Below, piece by piece: positions 1 through 13,383 of a stretch of DNA of 64,000 nt; position 1 is the stretch's first letter, and each line of letters begins with the position of its first letter. The notes beneath the pieces are model-generated. The model saw only the letters and a program-made list of their open reading frames with translations. It did no database searches and was not told the origin of the DNA. The DNA is from Tubiluchus corallicola (taxonomy: Eukaryota > Animalia > Priapulida). Location: positions 1,984,001 through 2,048,000 of the forward strand of contig JAQGDQ010000004.1 of the NCBI GenBank assembly GCA_030141605.1, in the 5' to 3' direction. The position numbers and the translations under genes are program-made.

Positions 1-3000
1 AGTTAAAATAAAAGTTTGTAATGTAAATAACTGCTTTGTGGTTTATTTACTGTTATTACATTTTCCCTTGTTTGTGAAGACATGTAAGATGCTCAGTTAT
101 CCCAAGAATTCCCTCCTGATGATGACTGCTAGTATGCTGTAAAAATGATGGATTTTCCTAATAAAAATGTAATAAAAGTATTACATATAATAATATGAAT
201 TTAATTGAATAAAAATTTATTTTTCTTCATCTACAAAATAACAACCGCAACCAATCTGCAACGGTGCAATAGTGGGTCCTTTATGAAACAGATATTGTTC
301 TTATTGTAAAGAACTTAAAAACTGTTTATTAACCCTATAGTTATCATAGCATCAATTGTCGCACTGTATCGCTTTTCCACTGAAGTTCATATTGAACAAA
401 ATTATAGAACTTTTTTCCTACATGCAATAGGAACAAAATCTCTCTCAGTCATCAGTTCACATTTCAGTGCACCTTGTAATGTGTTTTTAATTACATTTAT
501 TTTATGCGCATGTACTTGGAATTTTATTGGCGTAAAGAGAAAAAATTTCAAATTCTGTTTCTGTTGCAGGCCTAAAGATTACATCATCCGGTGACATTAG
601 AGTACAATATGTGCATATCTGTGTTCACAAGTACAGCTGTTGTGCTACACAAATAGATGGGTAGTGCAAGAAAAAAAGCAGGCAAATGGATCCAAAGCAA
701 GACGTGTATACAACTGAAAAAAATTTATAATAGCTTTTTTCTGCGTTTAATACATGGAGCATTTTTTTTATTGTGTTCTATACATTTGTTGATGACTCTG
801 CTAGAATAATAATTATTTCACTAGCATTGCAAGCCTTGATGCTTGAAAAAATGCATATATTGCAAGAATATAAATGGCATTATTTCTGTTACTGATTTTA
901 CAATATATTATGTGCTAAATGTCGTTGGCAGTGCAAAAACTTTACTGAATTAGTTTTTTCAAGTCAGCACCAATCCCAGTGTAAAACCGGAGCTGCAGCT
1001 GTAGTGTTTTGAAAGAATAATAGATACCCTGTTTGCAAAGATGTGAAGGTTGTTTTCACCATGCTGGCAATTAGCACTTGCAAATAAGTTCTAGAAATGT
1101 GGCTTGGAATCTGTATGTACCTGACAGTAAATTTCTATAAAGCTAAGATGCAATGAAAACACATAACCGAAATTTATATCTAAATTTTATTCATCCTTGT
1201 CATTTTCACACAGCAGTCATCTATAAAAATACAATATTATTATCTCCTCACAGAGCGTAATATAACACACTTTCGTCATGATTATTTTAATGGCAATATA
1301 CTTAGTACATGCACCAAGAAAAATTTTATTTTTAGTTTTCCTTATCGCTGACTTATATACACTATCTTATAAGCAGGCATGCAGCACAACTGCTTCGATG
1401 ATTTGGCGTGATATGATGATACAGTATAGATACGATTTTGCAGACTTATTAAAATGAGGTCAACATCGAATACGATTGTACCATTGATTTTTGCATGGCC
1501 CATTTGTAATAGCTTTGCATATTATAACAGGTTCTCATTGAGTTCCAAGATCCTGTATTACCCAAACATGGAAAAGAGTTTAAAATGTCGATCAGTATTT
1601 GGAAACCAACACTGGCAGGACTTAGAACAAATACAATACAATAATATCAGCATTTATAAAGCAGTAAGTCACAGTTAGTTACATCGCACTTTAATCCTAT
1701 GTGCGTAAGGTACTATTACTAATCCGGCCAGGTTTGAAAACTCATTGAGCTATGGAACTTATCATATTCCACAACTGTGCTATTAACGAGTTCATTTAGT
1801 GATGAATTTTTGAAGTTAGGTACGCGAGCACAAAATGTGCAAGCAATGATATGCATAGAGCTATTTGTTGACAATAATTATAGTCTATGTGTACAAGGAA
1901 AATAAAAATAAAATACTGATTTTAAGAAATTAAGCAAAAAGGTAATAGTAGTTTAATCTTCACTTGTATAGAAATAACTTAAGATGGCATAGAATTAAAA
2001 ACATGACAGATGGCATTTATCAATAGTATTTCACAAAACTGGCTGTCACAGACGGCAAGCATAGGGTGCTTCGAAAGTCCCTAATTGTTAATAAAAAAAA
2101 TCAACAGCAATTACAGTGGAAACCAAATGGCAATTGGTGGCTGAGTCTCCGATTCACGAGAATTTTAGTGGTATCAAACCTGACATCATAAGTCTACCAC
2201 AGCAATTTTAATTTACACCTATTAACATTCTATTACAATAGCCATATATATACTTTCTATTTTACACGTCTTAGGGTCTGGAGTCAGCAAGATAGCAGAA
2301 TGGCACAAATACAGATTCAAAAAAAAATTTCATAAACAGACCTGTTTTATGGTCTATTTGAGACAGTACAACACGTGAATTACAGCAAATCGTGACAAAA
2401 CCATAGATTTAAATGCTGCACGTGTTGCTAGTCTCCGGCAAACTGACGTGAGGTAACAATGGGCTCTATGTCATAATACTACAAAAACTTCCTTTGACGT
2501 TAGGCAAAAACATCTCGTGAGTAACTACACTTGCGAAGTATTGATTGATTAAGCAGATTATTTACCTTTCTCATGCACACCAGTGATATTTATGTCTGTG
2601 GACAAATGCATGTTCTGCTACAATGCCATGTTAACAACAGTGGTGAAAAAGTGCATTTGACGTGCACAAGAGACTGTGCACAGAGGTATAATTTAGCTTC
2701 TGGTATCATACAGTCTATATTTCACTGTCTGAACATTGCATAAAACACATACTTTTTACATAAAATGCAATTTAATTCACCATATTTATAATCACGCATC
2801 TTTTATCATATAAAAATGCTAAGACATATACAGTACAAATGCTAGTATCAATAAACGTCCCACCAACTGATTAAGTTGCCGGAAAGCTCTATAAATTACA
2901 AAGTTTACAACATTTCTATAGTACACTCACAAATTTTCACAATGTGATATCATACAAAGCTGTATGTATAGCTATATACAAAGCACTAAAATATAATAGA

Positions 3001-5265
3001 TGGGTTAGAACCATAATATATAGTTTACATTCTGTAACGTATATAGGTATTAGTTTGATAAAACTGCATGGCACTCTCACTCACTGCAGCTACAGCTCTG
3101 CAATGCTTACTCTTATTATATTACAATGTGTATTTTGTGTACAAAACCATAGATGTTAAATGCACATCATTAACTTCTTTCAGAATGCACCAGGAAGTTG
3201 TAGAAACGAGAAAATTTAATTAAAAAACAATTGAAAATTTAATAAAATTCAATTTCATCAGATGCATTGTAAATGGATTTTTACATTGGAATCGTCTGCT
3301 AAAATACTACCACTACAAAATCAAACTTTCCAACCATGGTTAAAATAAGCTCTCAGCTGAAACAAAATATGCCACACACAAAAATGAACATATTATGAGA
3401 TCGACAAAACAATTATAAGTTATCTGTTTCGAAGACACCCCGTACAAGCATTCATAAGACCAGATGAAATGTTGTAGGTATGCAATACTTCTACAGCATT
3501 TTTGTCATAATGACTTGCCATGAAAGGTCAGCAAACACAAACAGGTTCAATCTCACAATTTTATGTATACACACACAATTCAGTACACCGCAAGCCTGAA
3601 TTTAGGATTCAATAGGGAGGGCTTAATTAACACTGATGTTTCTGGCGATATTGGATCTTACCTCAAATTCAAACTAATGCTCAAAGATGAGCCAGTGAAC
3701 TGGAGAGGCCTGTAAGATGCCTTCTCAGTGTCTTTGCTCAACAAGATAAAGGGGCAAAATCAATTTGGCAAACGAAGGCGTTAGACTGAGAATGAACCCA
3801 GGTGGTCGTCAACCATTCACTGACCAGTCTCGGCATTGCTTCACTTTGGTCACACAGCATTCACTGTGACCACTTGGTTGTTCAGCTCACCTCACAAATC
3901 CATTTAGTTTTTTTCACGCTACTGCTGTTGCAGCTGCAATCACTAATTATTTTCATTGAATTTTCAATAATATTATCAGAATCCACAAAAGAATTTTTTA
4001 TTAATGAAATGAGTTCTGACCATTTAGGCATGTAACAACAGCACTAATGCCACTGTGCGCATGTTGCAGAAAACAGCAGCAATACATAATCTAAAATACG
4101 TTATACTTTCATAAATACAGTTAGTGCAAATCAAGATAGTGCTAAATAAGGCACAGCTGTTTGAACTCGATGAAAGCCACTACACAATTCAAAGTAAAAT
4201 GTCAGATTTCATTGTTAGTAATTTCAAGCAGTTCGAGTTCAGCAGCTCTGGATGAGCCTATAAACTATAAGTTGAATTGCACTTGTCAAGTCCCCTTTAA
4301 TTAGACACAATGGGACTTTAAAAAAAACATGAAATTTATCAGTCATTCAGTTTCACAATAAAAAAGTAAAGGATCAAAAACACAACCTTGCAGCACAGAC
4401 CTGCAAGTTATGAATCATCACTTTTTTACCATAATCAATGCAACATGAAATGTTAACAAGCTACCGACACAATAATTCATGAAGTTTATGGTATACTGCA
4501 TCAATTACAAGTAGTGATAAATGAAACAATTAATTTGATTACATAATAATCTATTAAGCTGTACTTCGATGCTGATCACAGAACGACACAATATGCTCAT
4601 AATACAAAAACATCTGCCAATTTCAATTCATAAATCTAAAATTATAATGGTTCACTCATAAAGCAAAGAAGTTTGCCTAAAATTTTACAGAAAGAAACAT
4701 AGGCTAATGAACAATTCTTGACATCAAAGCATCCAACGCATATATACAAATGAAACAATGTCTAGCGCAATAGCCACAACACTGTAATAAAAGTCAGTGC
4801 TGATGAATGAGTTGTGACTACCATGCCATTTATGATCTCAGCAATAACATGTATAAAGTCAAGAAGTTTATATAAAAAGAATTGCTAACAACAATAACAA
4901 GTGTATATATTATAATAGTTATGAATCCATCCAATGTTTTCAGCATAACATCACCAGACAGCAATGCAATCATTACTACATTATTTAAAAAACAAACGAG
5001 CTGTACACTTTTTACAATGATAGCACAGTAAACTGCTGCTTATTGCTGGCCTGTTTAGCAACAATGAATGTTTGATTCCCATGTCCTTTGAAATAATTTG
5101 TTGCAATGGCAAGTATGCCCAAAGCATTCCTCTTTTTAATGACATTTTCTTTGATCTTGCTTATAGGACTAAAATGGCATTTAAAACAAGTTTGTCGGAA
5201 AGCACTGTTGATGACTTTAAGCAAGAATTTCCTGTACTGCACAAGGCAGTATGGTTACAGCATAG

Positions 5266-6068
5266 TAGAAATGTCATGAATCTGAAATTACTGAATCCGA
5301 CTATATCCCGAATCTCATTTTCACAACAGAACCGAATTCGAATTTCAATTTTTCAGATAGTTCTTTCAACCGAATCTTTCTCAAATCTACGCAGTTTTCA
5401 ATCAAATTATGGCAGACTGTAAGATTGTAGTCTTTTTCATCAAGATTAGAGAGACCTGTCTGAGCAGCACATTTGACAGTAATTCTGGAATAGTAAAAAC
5501 TCTAGACGATCTAATTATTTTGTAACAGATTATTCCTGCCAATGACTAACACCGTAAAATGATCTGTTAGTCAAAAAATTCCTTGTGGTGCCTTTACCTA
5601 CACTCCATGAGTCCGTGTAATGTGGATGACACAAAATCACATTCGTGTAAGCCACATCGTTGTTAGCGAAACCACGTTCTATCAAAGTAATACAAGAAAT
5701 CTTAGCATTTTTATTGAAACTAGCAGTTAAAATCATAATGGTCTAGCGTAGGATTTCATGAGTTGGACATATGCTGAAACTGAATATGGCGACGTCTGTG
5801 TATTTCAAGTACGGCAAAATTATCAAAAAAGGAGACGATTTCAGGAGTTTGCCTAAAAATATAAAGGTAAATGAGCGCATAATGCTTTTATAATAACGCG
5901 CTAATGAATCGCCTCTGTAGCCAATGCTAAACCGGATTTTTTCAAGTCTCTGATGATTCGGGTCGGATCCAAAGTAACTTAGAACTTCAGCAAATCGAAT
6001 CGTATGAAAGCTCCGACTTGGATTCGGTTTCGAAGCTCTAGGTCTGTCAGAACTTCATGACATCCCCA
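5266..6068. mobile_element. Probable old MITE (hAT-like)
   Basis: Termini tagaaatgtcatgaa and ttcatgacatcccca are imperfect inverted repeats. gaatc(c/t)g motifs cluster at the left end and gattcgg at the right; CpG-richer than flanks. No clean TSD. Confidence 0.5.
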
Positions 6069-6945
6069 CAATGTACAGAGAACGAAACAAAAAATTTTCA
6101 AAAGAGATAAAACAAAGTAATGCCAGAACACAACACACTGCTACTGTGAAAAGTAACCAGGCAATCACATGCTATGAAAATTTTACAACTGCTAACTAAA
6201 AAACACAGTACTGAAATGGCCACTAATCCACAACAACCAGACTGACCTACAGAAATGACAAACTAAATCAATTATCAAAAATAAAATTTTTAATAAAAAA
6301 GTTTTGAAAAATGCATGCAAAGCTATTTAAAAAAAGAGAGCTTTGCGTTTTTAAGGACAATATCAAGAACACTCTTGGGTTTTTAGGTCACTCAGTTTAA
6401 AGATACTCAGTTGATTTTGTTTTGCATTAAAATTGTAATATTGCACTATGAAGCCAACTGATAAAATAAATATAACCGGGCAATGAGAAAACAAAACAAA
6501 AGTGGCTTCTACTATGCACAAGTATGTCTGATGATGTCATGCGACAATAACTTCTTGGTTGCCATGGAAATAACAATAAAAGTAAACAAAAAAGATGGCT
6601 ACCATGTTTTAAACATCAGCAATTTTTTAGTAGCTAACAACAATCCATAAATGCGGAGAATAAGTTGGTAATGCTTCTGTTCCTGCAGCAGAATCCATAA
6701 AACAGATACTAGATGGCCTAATTGCCTTACGTAACCACTTTGAGTTTGCATTAGTTTCTTAGTAATGTTCACACGATTTGCCCGTAAGCATGACAGTACA
6801 AACCTAGCCAGTGCTTACAGTGTAGGTAAAGCCATGCAAGCAGTAAGAGCATCAGAAGCGTTTACGCGTGATACAAACGCTCATGATTATGTTGACGAAA
6901 CCTGATATGTCCATGGCAACCACGAACACAAGAATATATCCTCTG

Positions 6946-9900
6946 CTATGTAGAGTTAATACTACTATTTGAGCTATGTTGACTATGCGGTAAGTTCTGC
7001 TGATGAATGTTGAACAGGTTGTGATTATGAGTGCGCAAAACAGAGTAGACGTTGTCAACATTTGATAATCCCTCAAGGAATGGTATGAGGTCGAGTAGTT
7101 CACTGTCTGTCATATCATCAAACCAGCTTTGCACAGGCACCTACAAATAGTATTATCACATCACTAAGAGCTTGTAATTTATTTAGTTTGAATATATTTG
7201 TCATACATCCATAATGCACATTCTAAAATATTTATAATTACAAATTTAAATGCTATAAAAAAGTTGATACAACAAAATTATAACATAAAATCATTTAAAA
7301 AAAATTCTTCACATGTAACTAGCAAATTTGTGTTAAAGTTGTTACAGGTCAAAAAGATTATCAACTTTTCTAATTTTATAACAGCTAACATTCTGTAGCT
7401 TTTATTTTAATATGTTGTTAGAAAAATGTCAAAAGTTCAGATATATAATAGGCTACAAACAACCTTGTCAACTGGAAGAAGCACAAGGAGAAGACCCGAT
7501 TGTACTAAGTTTAGAGATCAATGTCAAGAGTGAGGAAGAGAATATGTACCAAGTTTGATGTAAATGTTTTTAATGCAAAATCGGAAATCTGCCCATGAGA
7601 TACAATGCTAAATGTTCAGTATTAGAAAACCCTTGCGACCTACAATGTCAAGAAGACTGTGATTCTTTTCTCTCTAGTACATACCATTTACTACATTTGC
7701 TTTGACTTGGCCAACACTAAACATTTTTTAAGATTCCAGCAACTAGAGAAGTGTCTAGTGAAACATGATTATTTTTCCGATTTTTACAGCAAGAACAAAG
7801 TTCTCCTTGGATTTTACCATGGACCTTTTTGGACGTAAATTATAGCTTAGCACAAAAAAATTTTACCAGAAGAAAGTTCCACATTTCTTAGTGGAAATGT
7901 GCAGCACTTGCACTACACTGATATTCATATTGATATACATGAAAAAATATACTTACTGCATTATCAGGATGGAAGATATAAGAAGCAGGAGAATTGTCCA
8001 CTATTATAACATTCTTTAAATCCCTCCCTAGCCTGCTCAAATCCTGCAAAAAGAGTTTATTAGTAATGGTCGGTCTGGTAGGCCCGAATAAATTTGAATC
8101 CGGCAGCCGAACAATAAATTATATGACTAACTCGAACAATACATCTACATTCGTCGTAAAAATGTTCAGACACGCGATTACCAACATTTTATTGTTAAAA
8201 CTAGAATGGCACTCATTAGAAAACAGATCTCTGACAAAGCTCATGATATATAATTAATTTTACTAACTAAACACATTTGCTTAGGTGAAGGTATCACCAA
8301 CTGATCTATCATCATCTCATTAATGAGGTGCACCTTGTTTTCTGTGATTATTTGCAGTCCTGCATTGTAACGCCACACAGAATTTTCCCTTATACATCTA
8401 CAATTAATCAATAAAATTGATTTTCTTTCACAATCCTTGTTTGACCACTACCAAAATTGAAAACGTTCTTCCTAATCTTTCCAAATTACTAACCTTTACA
8501 TAGTTTCCTCTATGAAAAACACACGATTCCCTGAAAAGTCGGCCACGAAATACACCCCATTTATCTAATAAATCAGCAACTGGATCAGCATACTAGAAAG
8601 TAAAAACAGAACATAGGTATTCAATAGATCATTAGATACAATAGAGACAAGAAACAATTAGAAATCACATTCTAGCAAAGAATCCAGTTAAACACCTTTA
8701 AACTAGTTACAAATGCAGATTAATAACAACATGATGTATTTTTTATTTATTAAATGACAGTTGGGGCATCACAAAGGCTAAAACATTGTGTTTCAATAGT
8801 AACAAATAACTTTTCAAGAATATTTAATTGGAGGTCTCAAAATTAACATGCAGCTGTAAGTGATTTAGAAGATGATATATAACTTTAAAATTTGCAAAAA
8901 AACTATGTCATGCAGTTACAAATATGATCAGATCTATTTGTTTTACAAAATATGCTTAAAGACTTATAAAACTATAAATATTATGAAGTTACAATATGAA
9001 TAAGAATTAAACATAAGTTTTCAGATTATTTTATTAACCATGCACGATATGGGAAGTACGAGCATTGCTCTTAGACATAAATAATATATTGCACTGCTCA
9101 TACATGAACAAATGGTTATGGAAAATGATCTGTAGAGGTTCCATAACAACACATCATCTGCATTTGCATGCCGGCTAATGCGCAGAAATGCGAGTAAATA
9201 GAATGACAATTTCACACATTTACTGACCATATTGACAAACTAAGCAGGTGTAGGAATGTGATATATGCAATTGTTGCTTTAACAGTGTGAAGTTCAGACT
9301 AGCATGGTCAGGAAAATAAAACAAAACTATATGTAACTGTTCAGTGTTTTTGTCTGTTTTTTTCAGAAAACTTCAAAACAGAGACAAATAGCACAACAAA
9401 ATTCATTATATACTTTCGAGCCTTTGTTAACGTGATTACAACATAATGGAAAAAAGTAGTTTAGCAGCTGCTTCAGCAACAAACAGCTTGAAAAATGTGT
9501 GCTGTTACCAGAAAGCCAGTTAAAGAAAAAGATGGACACCTTGGAAAAGAACATTGTAGTTTCTGTAAACAACACTGAAGAACAAGAAAATGGAAATGAT
9601 AGCAACATAAACCTCCCATTTCGCAATGAAATTAGTCCATATTTTTATTTGATAACATTTCTCACGTTAAGTGTTGTCATTATAGTGGGCAATTCTCTAG
9701 TTGTTATCTCTGTGCAAAAAGTTTCAGCATTAAATTATAAAAACTACTGGGTTCTCTCTTCACTCGCAGTAGCAGATATTCTGTACGGTGTGTTCCTCAT
9801 TCCTGTTTGTGGCATTAGAACATACCATGCGTGGCAAATATCAGCTGGTGAAATAGAAGTAGTAGCAGAGTTTTTTAAAAACAAAGGTGCTTGCACAACT

Positions 9901-12900
9901 TTTTTTCTGATAGAAAGTTACATAGGGAACTGCAGTCTAGTACACCTATACATCATTGCCACAGAAAGATATGTTGCAATTATTTATCCTCTGCGACACG
10001 CTACATGGATGTCTGATGATCGAATCAAATGTTTGATTGTAATAGCCTGGATTCTTCCCCTGCTACTTACAGTAAGTGTGGTGATGCCAGTGTGGATTAC
10101 AAAAGGAATAGAATGTCATCAATGGGAGTTTGAATTGACATACAAAATAGGAATAATAATCATCAACATTATTCCAGGAATCATATTATTTGCCGTTTAC
10201 TTCCGAATTTGGAGAGTAGCAACATCACAGTTTCATCGAATCCGACCAACAGTAGTTGAAAACATGACAAGAAGTCAAAACAAAGCAACTGTAACAGTGG
10301 GTCTTATTTTAATGTGTTTCTTTTTCACATGGTTCCAGTATTACATCATAAACGAGATAAAAGGCATGTGCGACTGTGTACCCCAATGGATGTTTGAAAT
10401 CTTGATGGCACTGAAATTTGCTGGTTCTGCTGCAAATCCAATGATTTACTCATACCGGAATATTGAGTTTCGTAGAGCATTTCTGTTAGTTCTGAAATGT
10501 GCTGCTCAGAAAAATGAGCGCCACTAGTTACTAATAGTTTCACGCAATATTACAAATAATGTTACTCAGCCTTGTAACAACTTTAGCCATAACGAAACTG
10601 TACATGAGTAAACACATAACATTCAAAATCATACAGACTTGAAAAGTAATTTTCAATTCAATAGATATACATTATTTATTGGGCCAAATTTAAGGAAAAT
10701 ACAGCTTACCTACAATTGCAACATTTAAGCCTATTGCAGTCTGTTCAAATTTTACCTTCGTTATTTGTACATTAATATATTGACAATTTTGCTAAAGCAG
10801 CTCTTCGAACTACTGTGCACATCATAAAGCTAACATGTTTTAAAATATATGAAGTTGATTTCCATGTTAACATTAATAAAATGGTTAGCATACAATTTTA
10901 TCTGTAGTTTTTATCAAAGTATTATAATAAAAAATAATGTATTAAAAAATACTTGAAGTTTATGAATAATTACACAAACCTAGCAAAATTTCTGGCTAAC
11001 ATTATACACCCAGGAACAATAAACACACAATTACACAAGTGCTGTACAGTTCAGCAAATGTCAATCACTAACCTATTGAAACGTAAATAAATGCTTTTTA
11101 AATAACTCCCAAATGCACACTTGATGGGTAATGAGCCTATAACTAATATGTAACACGTGCTTGCATTAAAATTCAACTACATTGGCAGGGTAAACCAAAA
11201 TCAGTGACGAAAATCATCAATATGCTGTATTACAGTAAACAATTGCAAGCTCAAATATGTATTTGATTCACAGAGTTTATGGAAGCAGCTTTTAGTGCTA
11301 TTTGTAAGTTTTGACTATTTTAATAAAAATTTCAGCAACTTGAGTTACCATTCATATAAGCCTAGGTGCTGTGTCGATTCATTTTGTTCAGACTAAATGC
11401 GATAAATATGCATTTATTAGAATACATTAGCAATGTAAATCCGCAGTGTCTCTCAAGTGCAGTCAATAAAACTTACCTTTGCTAAACTAGCAGTAAATAA
11501 AACACACTCGAACATTTCACCCATTTTATGTAAAAATTCGTCCACGTGAGGGCGCTTTAGCACATAAACCTGAAAGTACATTTCAAGACTATTACTGACT
11601 ACTTTAAATAATGATAATAATAATTTATTTCCCATAATTGTTTTCTCCATAAAGAAAACCCAATATTTAGCTAACGTAAATTATATGCCTATATTCTTAG
11701 CTCCATTAGTTGGCTAACGATGATAATAGTTTTATTCACGCAAAAATGAGACAACGCTACAAACGAGCAAGTTGTGAAAATTCCAAAGGAACACTGCAGA
11801 ATAAAGTGGAGAGACTGCATAGGAATTCATTGCAGTAATAGTTTATGGTACTATCACCACATGAGTTAAAAGTATTAAAGAACTTTTAAACAACAAATTT
11901 TCATGATTAGTTTTTAGTAGCCAAGAAAGCAGTAAATATTTCACATATAAAATGTTAATATACTACAGCAGGGAAATGACTGAATGAGTGCTTCCTGAGT
12001 TTTACAATAATGCCATCATCTTACCTGGTGGACTGTCCCATCAATTTCCACAGGCACAATAAAATCTGCATTACTGATTGGCTGTAATTAAAGACAATTA
12101 GTATAAAATTTTAACGCATGATAAAAATAAAGTATCAAGCACAATAAACCAAGAACAAAATATTTTAATAAAATAAAGAACTCCTAAAGCCTGCCTTTTT
12201 ATAATTACAAAAATTATAACAATTTCAAAACTAGGTCTAGCCAAAAAGATTACTCTAATATATACTGTAACGTCCAGGATATATATTGTCAAGGAAACAT
12301 CACGTCGCGTTAGCGTAATTTTGTAGGACTCAACTCTCTTGCAGAATGGGTTGGGTTCATTGGTGTTAAACCATTTTCAGGCAACTAGTCAACAGCAAGA
12401 AAAAAAGTTGCACAAAAGTTAAATGCATTTCACATGTTTATTGTATCATAATATAAACATGTATACATAGATGATTGTTTTCTTATAAGTTTATTGTGTA
12501 TTACATAATAGTGATAATGAATGAGTATTTCAAATATGACATGTTGCTTGGTTCCTCGGGCAGGAATGCCAGATCAACTGGTAACTATAATAGGAGCTCT
12601 TTTTTCTGAATCTTTGTGTAGTGAAAGTTGATCTTAGCGTGTTTTGTTTGCTTATTGAATAATTTGTATCCTGCCACAAACAACAGCAAGCTAAATCATT
12701 ATGCTACACTTTGCAATTTGTAATTGTTCAATGCTGAATGTTAATAGTTAACATGCTCCTCAAACTAGTGTAAGATTGTAATCAAAGGCAGTAGCCAATA
12801 CAGAACATAGTTCGCAGCCTAACAAAGGTGCAGTTACCAATTGTATGACAACACGTTACCAACATGTTACCAATTGCATGACAACATCACTCACACAGGT

Positions 12901-13349
12901 TAGATCAATGGATGTAAGTAGTGTTGTTAGCTCCAGGCTTATATAAAATGTGTAGTCTTGCAGCCAAGACAGTCATCTCAACCAAGTTGTAAGCAGTGCT
13001 TGCTTCTGTCTTATACAGAATGCATGTAGTCTTGCAGCTTAGAGCTTTAACCAGCACTTATTTGGTTAGATGTTTTTAAGCCTCTTGGTGAGAAAAAACT
13101 ACGTTCTCTCCTGCTCTTCTCTCTTTTTACATCATTTTTGTCACGGCTACATAGACTGTGAACATGCGTTGTGTCGTAGATACAGTATATTGATGCAAAT
13201 AAACACATCACTGGCAGATGCTGATTGATAAAAATAGACTAATACTTCACTTCACTTCACTTTTAAGGTAATTATAATATTAAGTTAGAAATGTTATTAA
13301 TTTTTTCTGTGATATCTACTGCCTACAGTATTATATAGTATACATTACC

Positions 13350-13383
<34 letters not shown>

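Noticed and set aside
5012-5736. ORFs 5072-5422, 5012-5242 and 5530-5736
   Set aside because: No protein motifs; they overlap or abut a MITE-like repeat and the probable CTDSP 3' UTR.
10525-10610. Stop-codon readthrough of the GPCR (frame stays open after TAG); similar after the CTDSP stop
   Set aside because: Contexts (TAG TTA; TAG CAG AGG) do not match TGA-CTAG or CARYYA motifs, and extensions under 30 codons are within chance.
11570-12024. miR-26 in the CTDSP intron, as in vertebrates
   Set aside because: No TTCAAGTAAT-type mature sequence or hairpin on the sense strand; miR-26 is vertebrate-restricted.
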